Shown in pieces: positions 9,840 through 19,767 of a stretch of 64,000 bases of DNA. How positions within the stretch are numbered: the first letter of the stretch is position 1; each line of letters begins with the position of its first letter. The DNA is from an uncultured Chloroflexia bacterium (lineage in GTDB: Bacteria > Chloroflexota > Limnocylindria > Limnocylindrales > CSP1-4): assembly GCA_963828165.1 (NCBI GenBank), contig CAWHDR010000001.1, positions 1,824,001 through 1,888,000 of the forward strand, read 5' to 3'. The notes under the pieces were generated by a model. The model was given only the letters and a program-made list of their open reading frames with translations. It ran no database searches and was not told the DNA's origin. A program made the translations under genes and the position numbers.

Positions 9840-10555
9840 ATGACAACACAACGTTTTCAGACGACCGACCCGAACCACGCTCACGACGTCTCGTTGGAGG
9901 GCACGTTCGACTTCGTGAACACCTACGACCTTGAGAACACCTTCGACGTCGAGAAGGGTTTCCCGGTGGATCGGTTGCCAACGCTCAATTCCGCCCTCGC
10001 CTGGTTCGTCGAACGTGGGGTCATCCATTACGAGGGCGCGGAGCGCTGGCGTCAGCAGGCGTCCGCCGAGCCGCCCGCTGGTGCGGAAGTGCTCACCCGG
10101 ATCCATGCCGTACGAGCGGCACTGCGCGAGGTCGCCGATTCGATCGCCGAGGAACGCGCTCCGGATCCGGCCGCGCTCGACACCGTGAACCGTGCCCTCC
10201 ACGCCCGCCAGGTCATCGAGCTGATTCCCGCGTGGGACGGCGTGAGCGTGGACCACCGCCACGTCGGCGACCCGATCGATGACGCCCTGGCCCGTTTGGC
10301 CGATCCGCTCGTGCGGGAGCTGACGGACGGACACCCGGAGCGCATCCGGATCTGCGACAACGACCGCTGCCGCTGGGTCTTCTACGACACGTCGCGGACG
10401 GGCCGCCGGCGCTGGTGCGACATGGCGACCTGTGGCAACCGGGCCAAGGCGGCCCGGCACCGGGCTCGGGCGAAGGCGGGCGAGGCCGGCGAGGCGGACA
10501 CGTCGGCGGACACCTCGGCGACGACCGAGAAGCCGACCCGCCGCTCGCGAACTAG
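9840..10555 (+). CDS. CGNR zinc-finger/ABATE domain regulator (frame stays open to 10979; probable true stop TAG 10553-10555 after an indel)
   Basis: DFVNT N-terminal motif; CDNDRCRWVFYDTSRTGRRRWCDMATCGNRAKAARHR. Confidence 0.88.
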
Positions 10556-10626
10556 CCAGAGGAACGCTACCGCCCGCAACCGTTGGGCCATGGACGGGAC
10601 CGCCCCCGGGCTCGTACCGTTCCGGC

Positions 10627-11121
10627 GTGCGACACATCGTCTTCGGACTTGCCATCGCTCTCGCCGGTGCCACAGGGCTGGCAGCCATCATCGAGCTGAC
10701 GAAGACGCCCACGGCCGGCTGGACCGATCCGGGCGCGCACGTCGTCGACGGCCTGTGGCTCGGCGCCGCGACGGCCTGTCCCCTCGAAGGCGGGCAGGAG
10801 TGCTCACTGGCCCTCGATGCGGCCATGGCGCGTCTGGCGGTGATCACGTCGACGGCGACGGTGACGTCCGCGTCGGTCGCCAAGCCCGTGGGCGCGTACC
10901 GGAACGGGCGAGGCGGGACGATCCTGGCAACGACCGCTGGCTGGGTCACCTACAACATCGTCGTTCTCGGGCTGGCTGATGGCAAACGGTTGATGGTCGG
11001 CGTGTATTGCGAGCCGCGGATGGAACGAGAGTCAGGCTCGATCCCGGCCCACTGTCAGGCTGACGCCGCTCCGGTCAATGCGCCACGAGTCGGCGAGGAA
11101 CCCTGGCTCCGCAGCGACTGA
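10627..11121 (+). CDS. Hypothetical exported or membrane-anchored protein
   Basis: GTG start, MRHIVFGLAIALAGATGLAAII hydrophobic N-terminus, four Cys. Confidence 0.6.
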   Translation: MRHIVFGLAIALAGATGLAAIIELTKTPTAGWTDPGAHVVDGLWLGAATACPLEGGQECSLALDAAMARLAVITSTATVTSASVAKPVGAYRNGRGGTILATTAGWVTYNIVVLGLADGKRLMVGVYCEPRMERESGSIPAHCQADAAPVNAPRVGEEPWLRSD

Positions 11122-11145
11122 GCGCGCACGTGTCGTCGTGGGCGG

Positions 11146-11565
11146 TCAGGGGCAGGGACCGGGCTCCACGCTCGCGGCCGGGGCCAGCGCTTCCGTCTCG
11201 CCAAGCTGTCCGATCAGCACCGTGACCACACCGCACGGCAGCCCGATCGACGCGCCGTTGCCGTACCGACCGGCGGCGCCGGCCGCCAACTGGTCGTCGT
11301 TGATCGGCAGCGACAGGAGCACGGCACCGGACGGCGAACGGACTTCGAGCGCCTGCGGCCGCCCTACCCCGGTGATCGATGCGTCGCCGCTGGCTCCAGG
11401 CGCGAACGTCGCCACCCAGCGGCCGTCTGCGTAGACGCCGACGGCGATATCGGTCGCGTTGTCGACATGCAGGGGCCCGCTGGCTGCGCAGGCCACCGTG
11501 ATCCAGGCGATGATCGCCAGCCCGAACGCGAGGACGGCGCCACGCTCCCCGTGCCGCGCGATCAC
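11146..11565 (-). CDS. Putative lipoprotein
   Basis: Hydrophobic N-terminus ending TVAC; overlaps the leuS stop. Confidence 0.6.
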   Translation of the reverse strand: MIARHGERGAVLAFGLAIIAWITVACAASGPLHVDNATDIAVGVYADGRWVATFAPGASGDASITGVGRPQALEVRSPSGAVLLSLPINDDQLAAGAAGRYGNGASIGLPCGVVTVLIGQLGETEALAPAASVEPGPCP

Positions 11566-14153
11566 GCTTCGCGGACGACGATGTTGATGAGCTTCCCGCC
11601 GCCCGCCAGGATGATCTTGTCTGGCTGACGGCCAGCCAGGATCGCGATGACCTTCGGGCTGGCCAGCGCGGCCGCCTCGAGCTGCGGGCCGCCGATCCCC
11701 GCCGGGACCGTCAGCTTGTCGCGGAGCTTGCCGTTGACCTGGACCGGCACTTCCCGGGTCGACTCAGCCGTCGCGGCAACGTCGACCTCCGGCCACGATT
11801 CGGTATGGATGGACGACCACTCGCGACCGGCCTCGGCGGCGCGGCGCGACCAGAGCTCCTCGGTGATGTGCGGGGCGGCTGGCGCCAGCATCAGCAGCAG
11901 CAGCCGGATCGCCTCGTCCCACGCGGTGCCACCGGCGATCGGCGTCCCGCGGTAGCGGAACAGGACGTTCGAGAGCTCCATCAGCTTGGCGACCATCGTG
12001 TTGAAGTGGTACGCCTCGTAGTCGGCGGTGACATCCCGCAGGGTGCGATGTGCCGCCGAGCGCAGCCTGGCTTCGGCGGCATCGACGTCCTCGCCCGCCG
12101 GCAGGTTGCCGGCGTCGGGATCGCCCCCCTCGCGCCCATGCGGGTCGACCGTCAGCGTCCACACCCGATTGAGGAAGTGATGTGGGCCGCCGATGCCGGT
12201 CGGGCTCCACGGGCCACCCTGGTCCCAGGGGCCCATGAACATCAGGTACAGCCGAACCGTGTCTGCGCCGTAGCGCGCGACCAGCTCGTCGGGGTCCTGC
12301 ACGTTGCCCCGGGACTTCGACATTCGCTCGCCGTCTGCACCCAGGATCTGGCCCTGGTTGAACATGCGCAGGAAGGGCTCGTCCTGACCGACCAGCCCGC
12401 AGTCGCGCATCGCCTTGGTCCAGAACCGGCTGTACATCAGGTGCATCACTGCGTGCTCGGCACCACCCGTGTACTGGTCGACGGGGGTCCAGGCATCGGC
12501 CATCGCCCGGTCCACCGGCCCATCGTCGTAGTCCGGCGACAGATAGCGGAACCAGTACCACGACGAGTCGACGAACGTGTCCATCGTGTCGGTCTCTCGT
12601 CGCGCCGGCCCACCGCAGCGTGGGCAATCGACGCGCAGGAAGGCCTCGTCCTGGTTCAGCGGGTTGTCGCCGCGTCCCTTGTAGTCCACGTTCTCCGGCA
12701 GGCGGACCGGCAGGTCCGCGTCGGGCACCGGCACGATCCCATCCGTCTCGCAGTAGATGATCGGGATGGGCGTGCCCCAGTAACGCTGGCGGCTGATCAG
12801 CCAGTCGCGCAATCGATAGGTGACCTTGGGCTCGGCCTCGCCGGTTTCCGCGAGTTTCGCGACGATCGCCTTGCCGCCCTCGTCGGCCGGCATCCCATCG
12901 AAGGGGCCGCTGTTGACCAGGCGCTCGCCCTCGGCGTGGGCCACATAGGCGTCGGCCATCGGGTCATCCGCGGCAGTTCCGGGCGCGGCGACCACGCGGC
13001 GGATCGGCAGGCCGAACTGCTGTGCGAAGACGAAGTCGCGCTCGTCGTGCGCGGGGACCGCCATGATCGCCCCAGTCCCGTAGCCGGACAGCACGTAGTC
13101 CGCGATGAAGATCGGGACCTGCTCGTCGTTGATCGGGTTGATGGCCGAGGCTCCGATCGCGACCCCGGTCTTCTCGCGGTCGGTCGACAGCCGGTCGATC
13201 TCGGTTCGTCGCCTGGCCTGCTGGACATAGGCCTCGACCTCCGCCCGCTTCTCGGGCGCGGTCAGGGTCTCGACGAGCGGATGCTCCGGGGCGAGGACCA
13301 TGAACGTGGCCCCGAACAGCGTGTCCGGCCGCGTCGTGAAGACCCGCAACGTCTCGCCGCCCGGGTGATGGTCTGACGGGGCCGTCTCGAAGTCGATCTC
13401 CGCGCCCTCCGAGCGGCCGATCCAGTTCGTCTGCTGGATCCGGATGGGCTCCGGCCAGTCGATCCCGGTGAAGTCCAGCAGCTCGTCCGCGTACGCGGTC
13501 GTCCGCAGGTACCACTGCTCGAGGTCGCGCTTCTCGACGGGAGCGCCGCAGCGCCAGCAATGCCGATCCGCGCCCTCGACCTGTTCGCGTGCCAGCGTCC
13601 CGTCGTTGGGGCACCAGTCGACCGGCGACATCTTCCGGTAGGCGAGGCCCTTCTCGAGGAACCGCAGGAACATCCACTGGTTCCAGCGGTAGTAGGACGG
13701 GTCGGCGGTGACCACTTCGTGCTTCCAGGAGAACGTGGCGCCCATCGAGCGGAACTGCCGGCGCATGTTCTCCATGTTCTGCATCGTCCAGGTGAACGGA
13801 TGGCCACCCTCCCGGATGGCCGCGTTTTCGGCCGGTAACCCGAAGGCATCGAAGCCGATCGGGAAGAACACGTTGTAGCCATGCATCCGCCGATAGCGGG
13901 CCAGCGCATCACTCGGCGTCACGATGTACCAGTGCCCGATGTGCAGGTCACCCGACGGGTACGGGTACATGGTCAACATGTAGTACTTGGGCCGGCTCGT
14001 GTCCGCCAAGTCGGTGTCGTGCAGGCCGAGCTCTGCCCAGCGCGCCTGCCAGCGCGGCTCGACCGCCGTCGGGTCGTAGCGCCCGACCCGTGTTCGGCCG
14101 TCGACGGTGTCGGCGGCGTCGGCTGTCTTGGCGGTGTCGGCGGTGTCGGTCAC
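11562..14153 (-). CDS. leuS: Leucine--tRNA ligase
   Basis: MYPYPSGDLHIGH, FDAFGLPAENAA, VFTTRPDTLFG, GTGAIMAVPAHDERD, DWLISRQRYWG, RMSKS. Confidence 0.98.
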   Translation of the reverse strand: MTDTADTAKTADAADTVDGRTRVGRYDPTAVEPRWQARWAELGLHDTDLADTSRPKYYMLTMYPYPSGDLHIGHWYIVTPSDALARYRRMHGYNVFFPIGFDAFGLPAENAAIREGGHPFTWTMQNMENMRRQFRSMGATFSWKHEVVTADPSYYRWNQWMFLRFLEKGLAYRKMSPVDWCPNDGTLAREQVEGADRHCWRCGAPVEKRDLEQWYLRTTAYADELLDFTGIDWPEPIRIQQTNWIGRSEGAEIDFETAPSDHHPGGETLRVFTTRPDTLFGATFMVLAPEHPLVETLTAPEKRAEVEAYVQQARRRTEIDRLSTDREKTGVAIGASAINPINDEQVPIFIADYVLSGYGTGAIMAVPAHDERDFVFAQQFGLPIRRVVAAPGTAADDPMADAYVAHAEGERLVNSGPFDGMPADEGGKAIVAKLAETGEAEPKVTYRLRDWLISRQRYWGTPIPIIYCETDGIVPVPDADLPVRLPENVDYKGRGDNPLNQDEAFLRVDCPRCGGPARRETDTMDTFVDSSWYWFRYLSPDYDDGPVDRAMADAWTPVDQYTGGAEHAVMHLMYSRFWTKAMRDCGLVGQDEPFLRMFNQGQILGADGERMSKSRGNVQDPDELVARYGADTVRLYLMFMGPWDQGGPWSPTGIGGPHHFLNRVWTLTVDPHGREGGDPDAGNLPAGEDVDAAEARLRSAAHRTLRDVTADYEAYHFNTMVAKLMELSNVLFRYRGTPIAGGTAWDEAIRLLLLMLAPAAPHITEELWSRRAAEAGREWSSIHTESWPEVDVAATAESTREVPVQVNGKLRDKLTVPAGIGGPQLEAAALASPKVIAILAGRQPDKIILAGGGKLINIVVREA

Positions 14154-14187
14154 GGAGCGAGCCTCTGGTCGGTCGCCGGAGACGGTT

Positions 14188-14213
14188 CACCCCCCGCCGT
14201 CGGCGAGGGGTGA
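14188..14213 (-). terminator. Hairpin between tRNA-Ala and leuS
   Basis: TCACCCCCCGCCG/CGGCGAGGGGTGA imperfect inverted repeat; no U-tract. Confidence 0.4.
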
Positions 14214-14234
14214 GGGTCGGCGGTTCCACGTTTC

Positions 14235-14310
14235 TGGTGGAGCTACGGGGACTCGAACCCCGGACCCCCTGCATGCCATGCAGGTGCTCTTCCAGCTGAG
14301 CTATAGCCCC
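14235..14310 (-). tRNA. tRNA-Ala(GGC)
   Basis: GGGGCTATAGCTCAGCTGGAAGAGCACCTGCATGGCATGCAGG...GTTCGAGTCCCCGTAGCTCCACCA; encoded CCA; extended -10 TGCTACAAT just upstream. Confidence 0.97.
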
Positions 14311-14355
14311 ACGGAGGGCGGATTGTAGCAGAGGGTCGGCCCGCGACCGGGTAAC

Positions 14356-15822
14356 TCAGCTGCCGATGATGACCGGGATGCTGTAGACGCCACCGAAGGT
14401 GTCGTCGCCCTTCGAGCCGTTCAAGCCGACCCGGATCACCCAGTCACCTGCCTCCAGGCCCGTGAGCGGGATGACTACGTCCTGGCCGCCGTCGCTGAAG
14501 CTCGTGAACTCGCGGCTCACGCCGAAGGGGTCCCTTCGGGCGACCTCGCGATCCATGACCTCCACGCCGCCGTTGTCGATCCGCCAGCCGTCGGCGAGCA
14601 CGAGTCGCAGGCTCGAGTCCACGGCAAGCCCGACCGCCTTGGCACCGTCACGGGCGAGGAACGGAACGCCGCACGAGTCGCTGATGCCGTTCCAGCTCAC
14701 GCACAGGGCCAGCGCGCCCGACCCTGGACCTTCGAGGTCGTCGCCGGCGTAGGCCAGGAGCACGGGCGCGATGAAGGCCGGCGGGTCGCCGTCGTACGTC
14801 ACGACGATGCGCCAATGGTTCCGCGGGCTGGTCGTGACGAGCATGCCCGTGCCTTCCGGCGGCACGCCTTCGCTCATCTCGGATCCCAGGGCGCTCCCGT
14901 CGCACGGCTGCTCGCCGCCGCCCGCGAGCCGGTCCTCCCCGATCTCCCACCGGATCGTCCCGCCGCCGACGCAGGCGAGGGCGACCAGGTACTTCCCGCG
15001 CGCCGGCACGACGCCGGCCGAGGACTGGACAGATTCGGCGGAAGCGTCCGGATCCGGCTCGTTGGTGAAGTCGACCGCGACAGTCCCTTGCGGGACCGCG
15101 AACGTGGGCAGGACCGTTCGCACGGGGTTATTCATGAAGCCGTACGTGTCCACGACGACCCGGAATGCGGTCTGCGGCGTCGCCTGGAGGGACAAGGCCT
15201 GGCCGAGCATCGGTTGGTGCACCCTGAGGTCGAAGCGGAAGGACTGCACGGTCCCGTCGCAGACGACCGGCTCCGACGCGATGCTGTTCAGACCCGGGAA
15301 GACGCCCCATTCGAAGCGCGCATCCGACCCGATACACGCGACCTTGATGCCGGCCTCGCGCGCATCCATGCGGACGCCATCGAGGTACCGCCGGGTCAGG
15401 TCCGTGCTCGTCTCGGACGGTTCACCGGGGTCCTCGGTCTCGTAGTAGTCGATGCTCGCTGGATCGCGCTCGATCGCCGGCAGCGCCGCCAGCGGGTCGG
15501 CCGACGTGGCCGGGCTGGGCGTGGCGATCGCGCTCGGGCTGGCGCTCGCGGCTGGGGTCGGGGCGACGCTGGCGGTCGGCGATGGCGAGGGATCCGCCGC
15601 GATGTTCGTGTTCCGCAGCCAGCCGCTGCCCAGGGCGAAGATCGATCCGAGGGCGAGGGCCGCCACGCCTGCGGCCAGCAGGCCGAGGCGCTGCCCGTTG
15701 CGGGCGCGTCGCCGTACCTGCAGCCGACGCTCCAGCTCGTCGGGCGTGATCGTGAAGGGGAGGCTGTCGCCTTCCTGGCGAAGCATGGAGCGCAGGCGCT
15801 CCTCGAGGGTCGTGTCATGCAT
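14356..15822 (-). CDS. Single-TM protein with large extracytoplasmic region (putative anti-sigma factor)
   Basis: LEERLRSML N-terminus, one TM, P/S/T linker, Cys-paired repeats; overlaps the ECF sigma stop. Confidence 0.65.
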   Translation of the reverse strand: MHDTTLEERLRSMLRQEGDSLPFTITPDELERRLQVRRRARNGQRLGLLAAGVAALALGSIFALGSGWLRNTNIAADPSPSPTASVAPTPAASASPSAIATPSPATSADPLAALPAIERDPASIDYYETEDPGEPSETSTDLTRRYLDGVRMDAREAGIKVACIGSDARFEWGVFPGLNSIASEPVVCDGTVQSFRFDLRVHQPMLGQALSLQATPQTAFRVVVDTYGFMNNPVRTVLPTFAVPQGTVAVDFTNEPDPDASAESVQSSAGVVPARGKYLVALACVGGGTIRWEIGEDRLAGGGEQPCDGSALGSEMSEGVPPEGTGMLVTTSPRNHWRIVVTYDGDPPAFIAPVLLAYAGDDLEGPGSGALALCVSWNGISDSCGVPFLARDGAKAVGLAVDSSLRLVLADGWRIDNGGVEVMDREVARRDPFGVSREFTSFSDGGQDVVIPLTGLEAGDWVIRVGLNGSKGDDTFGGVYSIPVIIGS

Positions 15823-16366
15823 GAAAGGCCTCCCCGAGGCTGGTGCCGACCGGGTCGGCAAGATGGATGCGAAGCCGGTCGAGCGCCGTCTGGAGCTGCG
15901 CCTTGATCGTGTTCGGGCTCTTCCCGAGCGTGGCGGCGACCTCATCGACCGACTGGTCGGCGTAGTAGCGCAGGATCACGGCGGCGCGCATCTGGATCGG
16001 CAGGCTCGCGATGCCGTCCAGCAGGGCCATTCGCGTCGTGCTGTCGGCACCCAGGTCGCCGGCGGCGGCGCCATCGGGCATGAGCTCGAGGCGCGTCACG
16101 CGCCCCGACCGTCGTTTCACCCCGAGCGCGTGGTTGGTGGCGACGCGCAGGAGCCACGCCCGCAGCGCGCGCTCGTCACGGATGCTGCCGCCGCGTTCGA
16201 ACGCGGTGAGCAACGTCTCGATCACGACGTCCTCGGCCGCAGGACGGTCGCGCAGGATGAGGTAGGCGACGCTCTGGAGCTCGCGCCCGTACGTCTCGAG
16301 CAGGTCTCCGAGTGTCTCCGGTCGACGCCGGCGAATGGCCTCGACGGTCATGGATGCATCCTTCAC
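15815..16366 (-). CDS. ECF RNA polymerase sigma factor (start uncertain)
   Basis: AEDVVIETLL, AWLLRVATN (region 2); LPIQMRAAVILRYYADQSVDEVAATLGKSPNTIKAQL (region 4). Confidence 0.9.
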   Translation of the reverse strand: MKDASMTVEAIRRRRPETLGDLLETYGRELQSVAYLILRDRPAAEDVVIETLLTAFERGGSIRDERALRAWLLRVATNHALGVKRRSGRVTRLELMPDGAAAGDLGADSTTRMALLDGIASLPIQMRAAVILRYYADQSVDEVAATLGKSPNTIKAQLQTALDRLRIHLADPVGTSLGEAFHA

Positions 16367-16466
16367 GTCCCCGATGGCGGGCGACCTTGGGCGGGCCGCG
16401 TCACAGGGTAGATGCACGGGACGTGGCTTTCGGGCTAGTGGCGGTGCGCAGTGTCATCATCAGCGC

Positions 16467-18098
16467 GTGACCGCCTTCGATCTGCTCCTGCACGGCGGCA
16501 CCGTCGTAGACGGCACCGGATCGCCCGGGCGTCGCGCGGACGTCGGGGTGCTGGGTGACCGGATCCTCGCCGTCGACGACCTGTCGGCGGTCGACATCGG
16601 GGGCGTCACGCATGTGATCGACGCCACCGGCCTCGTGGTCGCGCCCGGGTTCGTGGACCCCCACGGTCACTCGGACGGCTCGCTGTTCGTGGACGGCGGC
16701 CTCGTCAGCCATCTGCGCCAGGGGTACACGACGCAGCTGTCCGGCAATTGCGGGGAGACGTTGGCGCCCATCACTGACGCGGGCCGGGAGATCGTCGCGC
16801 TGGCCCTGCGACCCAACCAGCTGGTGGCCCGCTGGCGCACGTTCGGGGAATACCTGGATGCCGTGGCCGAGGAGCGTCTTGGGCTGAACGTTGCGTTCCT
16901 CGTCGGGCAGGGAACGATCCGCGGGTCCGTGATGGGCTCGGAGGCCGGCGTCGCCACGGACGATGAGCGGGGGGCGATGGTGCGTGCGGTGGAGGCCGCC
17001 ATGGACGCCGGGGCGTTCGGACTGTCATCGGGGCTGATCTACGCGCCAGGGATGCACGCCGGGGCGGACGAGCTGGTGGCCCTGGTCGCGACGGCTGCGC
17101 GGCGCGGTGGCCTCTACGCGACCCACATGCGCAACGAGAGTGCCGGGCTGTTCGAGTCGCTCGAGGAATCGATCGCGACGATCCGGGCAGCACGCGACGG
17201 GGGTGCCGAGGGGGCGCGGCTCCAGGTCTCGCATCTCAAGTGCGGCGCACGCGCCGTGTGGGGACGCGCGGGCGAGGCCATCGCCGTCCTCGACGCGGCC
17301 CGCGCCGAAGGCCTGGATGTTGCGGCGGACCAGTACCCGTACACGGCCGCCGCGACGACCCTGGCGACGGTCCTGCCGCCCAGTCTCCTCGCGCTCGGTG
17401 TCGACGATTGCGTCGCGGCGCTGACCGATCACGAGGCTCGGGACCGCGTGGCCGCCGAGATGAAACGAGGGATCTCCGGCTGGGAGAACGTGGCCGCTGA
17501 CCCAGGCTGGCAGGGGATCCGGATCTCGTTCGCCCCCAGCCACCCGGAATGGGCGGGGCGATCGCTTGCGGAGCTTGGCGAGGAGATGGATGTCGATCCT
17601 GCCGAACTGGCGATGGACGCGCTGATCGACGATCAGCTCGACGTCTCGGTCGTCATCGATTGCATGGACGAGACCGATGTCGCGACGATCATGGATGTGC
17701 CCTGGATCGCGGTCTGCACGGACGCCCAGGCGCGGCGGCCGGGTCACCCGATCCTCGACGCCGGCCGGCCACACCCGCGGACATACGGGACCACCGCGCG
17801 CGTGCTCGGCACCTACGTCCGTGAGCGCGGCGCGCTCGCGCTCGAGACGGCCGTCGCGAAGCTGAGCGGCGTGCCCGCGGGTCGCCTGGGTCTGCGCGAC
17901 CGGGGCGTGCTGCGCGAGGGCGCCTTCGCCGACCTCGTGGCCTTCGACCCAGCGTCCGTCGCGGACGACGCGACCTATGAGGAGCCCTCACGTCACCCGA
18001 TCGGCATCGAGCATGTCGTCGTGAACGGGCGCCTGGCGGTGCTGGCCGGGCAGGAGACCGGCGAACGAGCCGGTCTGCTGCTGCGGCGAACCGGATGA
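16467..18098 (+). CDS. N-acyl-D-amino-acid deacylase family amidohydrolase
   Basis: GGTVVDGTG, APGFVDPHGHSD, GNCG, GLSSGLIYAPG, THMRNE, SHLK, PHPRTYGT. Confidence 0.9.
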   Translation: MTAFDLLLHGGTVVDGTGSPGRRADVGVLGDRILAVDDLSAVDIGGVTHVIDATGLVVAPGFVDPHGHSDGSLFVDGGLVSHLRQGYTTQLSGNCGETLAPITDAGREIVALALRPNQLVARWRTFGEYLDAVAEERLGLNVAFLVGQGTIRGSVMGSEAGVATDDERGAMVRAVEAAMDAGAFGLSSGLIYAPGMHAGADELVALVATAARRGGLYATHMRNESAGLFESLEESIATIRAARDGGAEGARLQVSHLKCGARAVWGRAGEAIAVLDAARAEGLDVAADQYPYTAAATTLATVLPPSLLALGVDDCVAALTDHEARDRVAAEMKRGISGWENVAADPGWQGIRISFAPSHPEWAGRSLAELGEEMDVDPAELAMDALIDDQLDVSVVIDCMDETDVATIMDVPWIAVCTDAQARRPGHPILDAGRPHPRTYGTTARVLGTYVRERGALALETAVAKLSGVPAGRLGLRDRGVLREGAFADLVAFDPASVADDATYEEPSRHPIGIEHVVVNGRLAVLAGQETGERAGLLLRRTG

Positions 18099-18883
18099 CG
18101 GCTCGCAGCCGGCCCGCCCTCGCGCCGACTACGGAGGTGGCGGCCGTCGCGCCACTCCCGGGCGGGTCCCTGGGATACACGCTGCGGCATTCGGCCCGCG
18201 CCCGCGGCCTGCGCGTCGTGATCCACCCCGAACGAGGCGTGATCGTCACGGTGCCCGCCACGCGGTCCGGGCGAGCGGACGGCGAGCGCCGCGCCGTGGA
18301 GTTCCTCGAGCAACGCGAGCCGTGGGTCCGCCGCCACCTCGCCCGGCATGCGGACGTCCGTGCCGTGCTGGCAGCCCGCGGCGGGGCGCGCGACGGCGGA
18401 TCCATCCGGCTCGAGGGTTCGGTGGTGCCGATCCGGGTCGTCCCGGCCGTCACCGGGGCGCGGCGCTCCACCGTTGTCCGATTCGATGACGAGCTCGTCA
18501 TCCACCGTGCCCAGGCGGACGCCCGCGCCGACGCGGTCGTGGTCGAGGCCTGGCTCCGCGAGCTCGCCCGTTCCAGGATCGACGACGCGATCGAGCGGCA
18601 CGCCGCGGATCTTGGCGTGACCCCGCGAACGGTCACCATCCGCGACCCCCGCACCCGGTGGGGGAGTGCGTCCCAGACCGGCCGGGTGTCGCTGTCATGG
18701 CGCCTGGTCCTGGCTCCATGCGAGGCCCTGGAGACGGTCGTCATCCACGAACTCGCCCATCTCCGGATCTTTGGTCATGGGCCGAGATTCTGGGCGCTCG
18801 TGGCGTCGCGGCGACCCGACCACGGCACGTGGCGCCGCTGGCTGCACGACCACGCCACCGAGCTGCACGGCGCCCTGGGCTAG
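18095..18883 (+). CDS. M48/YgjP (DUF45) family zinc metalloprotein
   Basis: RTRWGSAS, LSWRLV, VVIHELAHL, HGPRFW. Confidence 0.88.
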   Translation: MTARSRPALAPTTEVAAVAPLPGGSLGYTLRHSARARGLRVVIHPERGVIVTVPATRSGRADGERRAVEFLEQREPWVRRHLARHADVRAVLAARGGARDGGSIRLEGSVVPIRVVPAVTGARRSTVVRFDDELVIHRAQADARADAVVVEAWLRELARSRIDDAIERHAADLGVTPRTVTIRDPRTRWGSASQTGRVSLSWRLVLAPCEALETVVIHELAHLRIFGHGPRFWALVASRRPDHGTWRRWLHDHATELHGALG

Positions 18884-18886
18884 CCG

Positions 18887-19627
18887 CTAGTTCGGCAATC
18901 CCTGGGCGTCGTCGCCCTCGGCGACCACGGTCATACCCGTCCACCGCAGCAGATTCAGGTCCAGCTCGTCGTGGCAGCCCTCCGCGATCGCCTCCCAGAT
19001 CCGGAACGCGAGGTCGGGGTCGACATCGTCTGGGAGTGCGACGAGCGTGTTCCGGACCGGTGCGAGCAGCAACCGCGGACGCTCCCCGAGGATCGGACGC
19101 AGGACGTCCGGCACGAGGATCAGCGCCGACCCCCAGCCCTGACCCTGGATGGCGAAGGTCTCGACGCCTTCCGGGTGGATCCGCTCGACGCGCGGGGGCT
19201 CGACGACCGTCAGCGCACGCAGGTTCTCGAGCGCGGTCCCGAGCAGCGTCGCGTGATCGATGCCCCAGCGCTCGACCTGGTTCGCGGTGACATGCGTGAA
19301 GGCCGGCCCGAAGTCGATGCCGAAGCCGGTCCACACGCCGGGCGGAACGAAGACGTGCATCGGGGTGGCTTCCGGCGGGTACGGGTGGCGGACGCGGCGC
19401 AGGATCGGCAGGACGAGGGACGACACATCCGGCCACGGGGCGTCGAGGTCCAGGCGCTGGGCCGCGGCGAGGACGCGCTCGAACAGCTCATGGTCCATCG
19501 TGCCCCCGAGCGCACGCATGGCGAGCTCGTCCTCGTTCCGTCCGCGGGCCTTGGTCTTTCGGCCGGTCCGTCGCGCCTTCGCTGACCGGCGGTCGCGATC
19601 GCCCTTCGTGGTCTTCATGCGGCGCAT
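18887..19627 (-). CDS. Hypothetical protein (weak resemblance to DUF1444-like proteins)
   Basis: Normal codon usage; WGIDHATLLGTALENL segment. Confidence 0.6.
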   Translation of the reverse strand: MRRMKTTKGDRDRRSAKARRTGRKTKARGRNEDELAMRALGGTMDHELFERVLAAAQRLDLDAPWPDVSSLVLPILRRVRHPYPPEATPMHVFVPPGVWTGFGIDFGPAFTHVTANQVERWGIDHATLLGTALENLRALTVVEPPRVERIHPEGVETFAIQGQGWGSALILVPDVLRPILGERPRLLLAPVRNTLVALPDDVDPDLAFRIWEAIAEGCHDELDLNLLRWTGMTVVAEGDDAQGLPN

Positions 19628-19767
19628 GGTGGCGATCAGGGCTCTCCCGCCGCTTATCTCAACCTTCACCCGCGATTTCGAGGTCGAGGAGCCCACGCCG
19701 ACCGGTACCCTAGGCAAGCGCGGCGTGCCCGCTGCTCGGAGCGGCAGCCGCGAGCCCGGGAGGCATC

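Noticed and set aside
9828-10979. 383-aa CGNR fusion protein as given in the ORF track
   Set aside because: The extension is Arg-rich out-of-frame sequence overlapping a better gene at 10627-11121; likely a lost stop near 10553
14154-14234. T-box leader for leuS
   Set aside because: Only about 80 nt between the tRNA and leuS, with no T-box consensus
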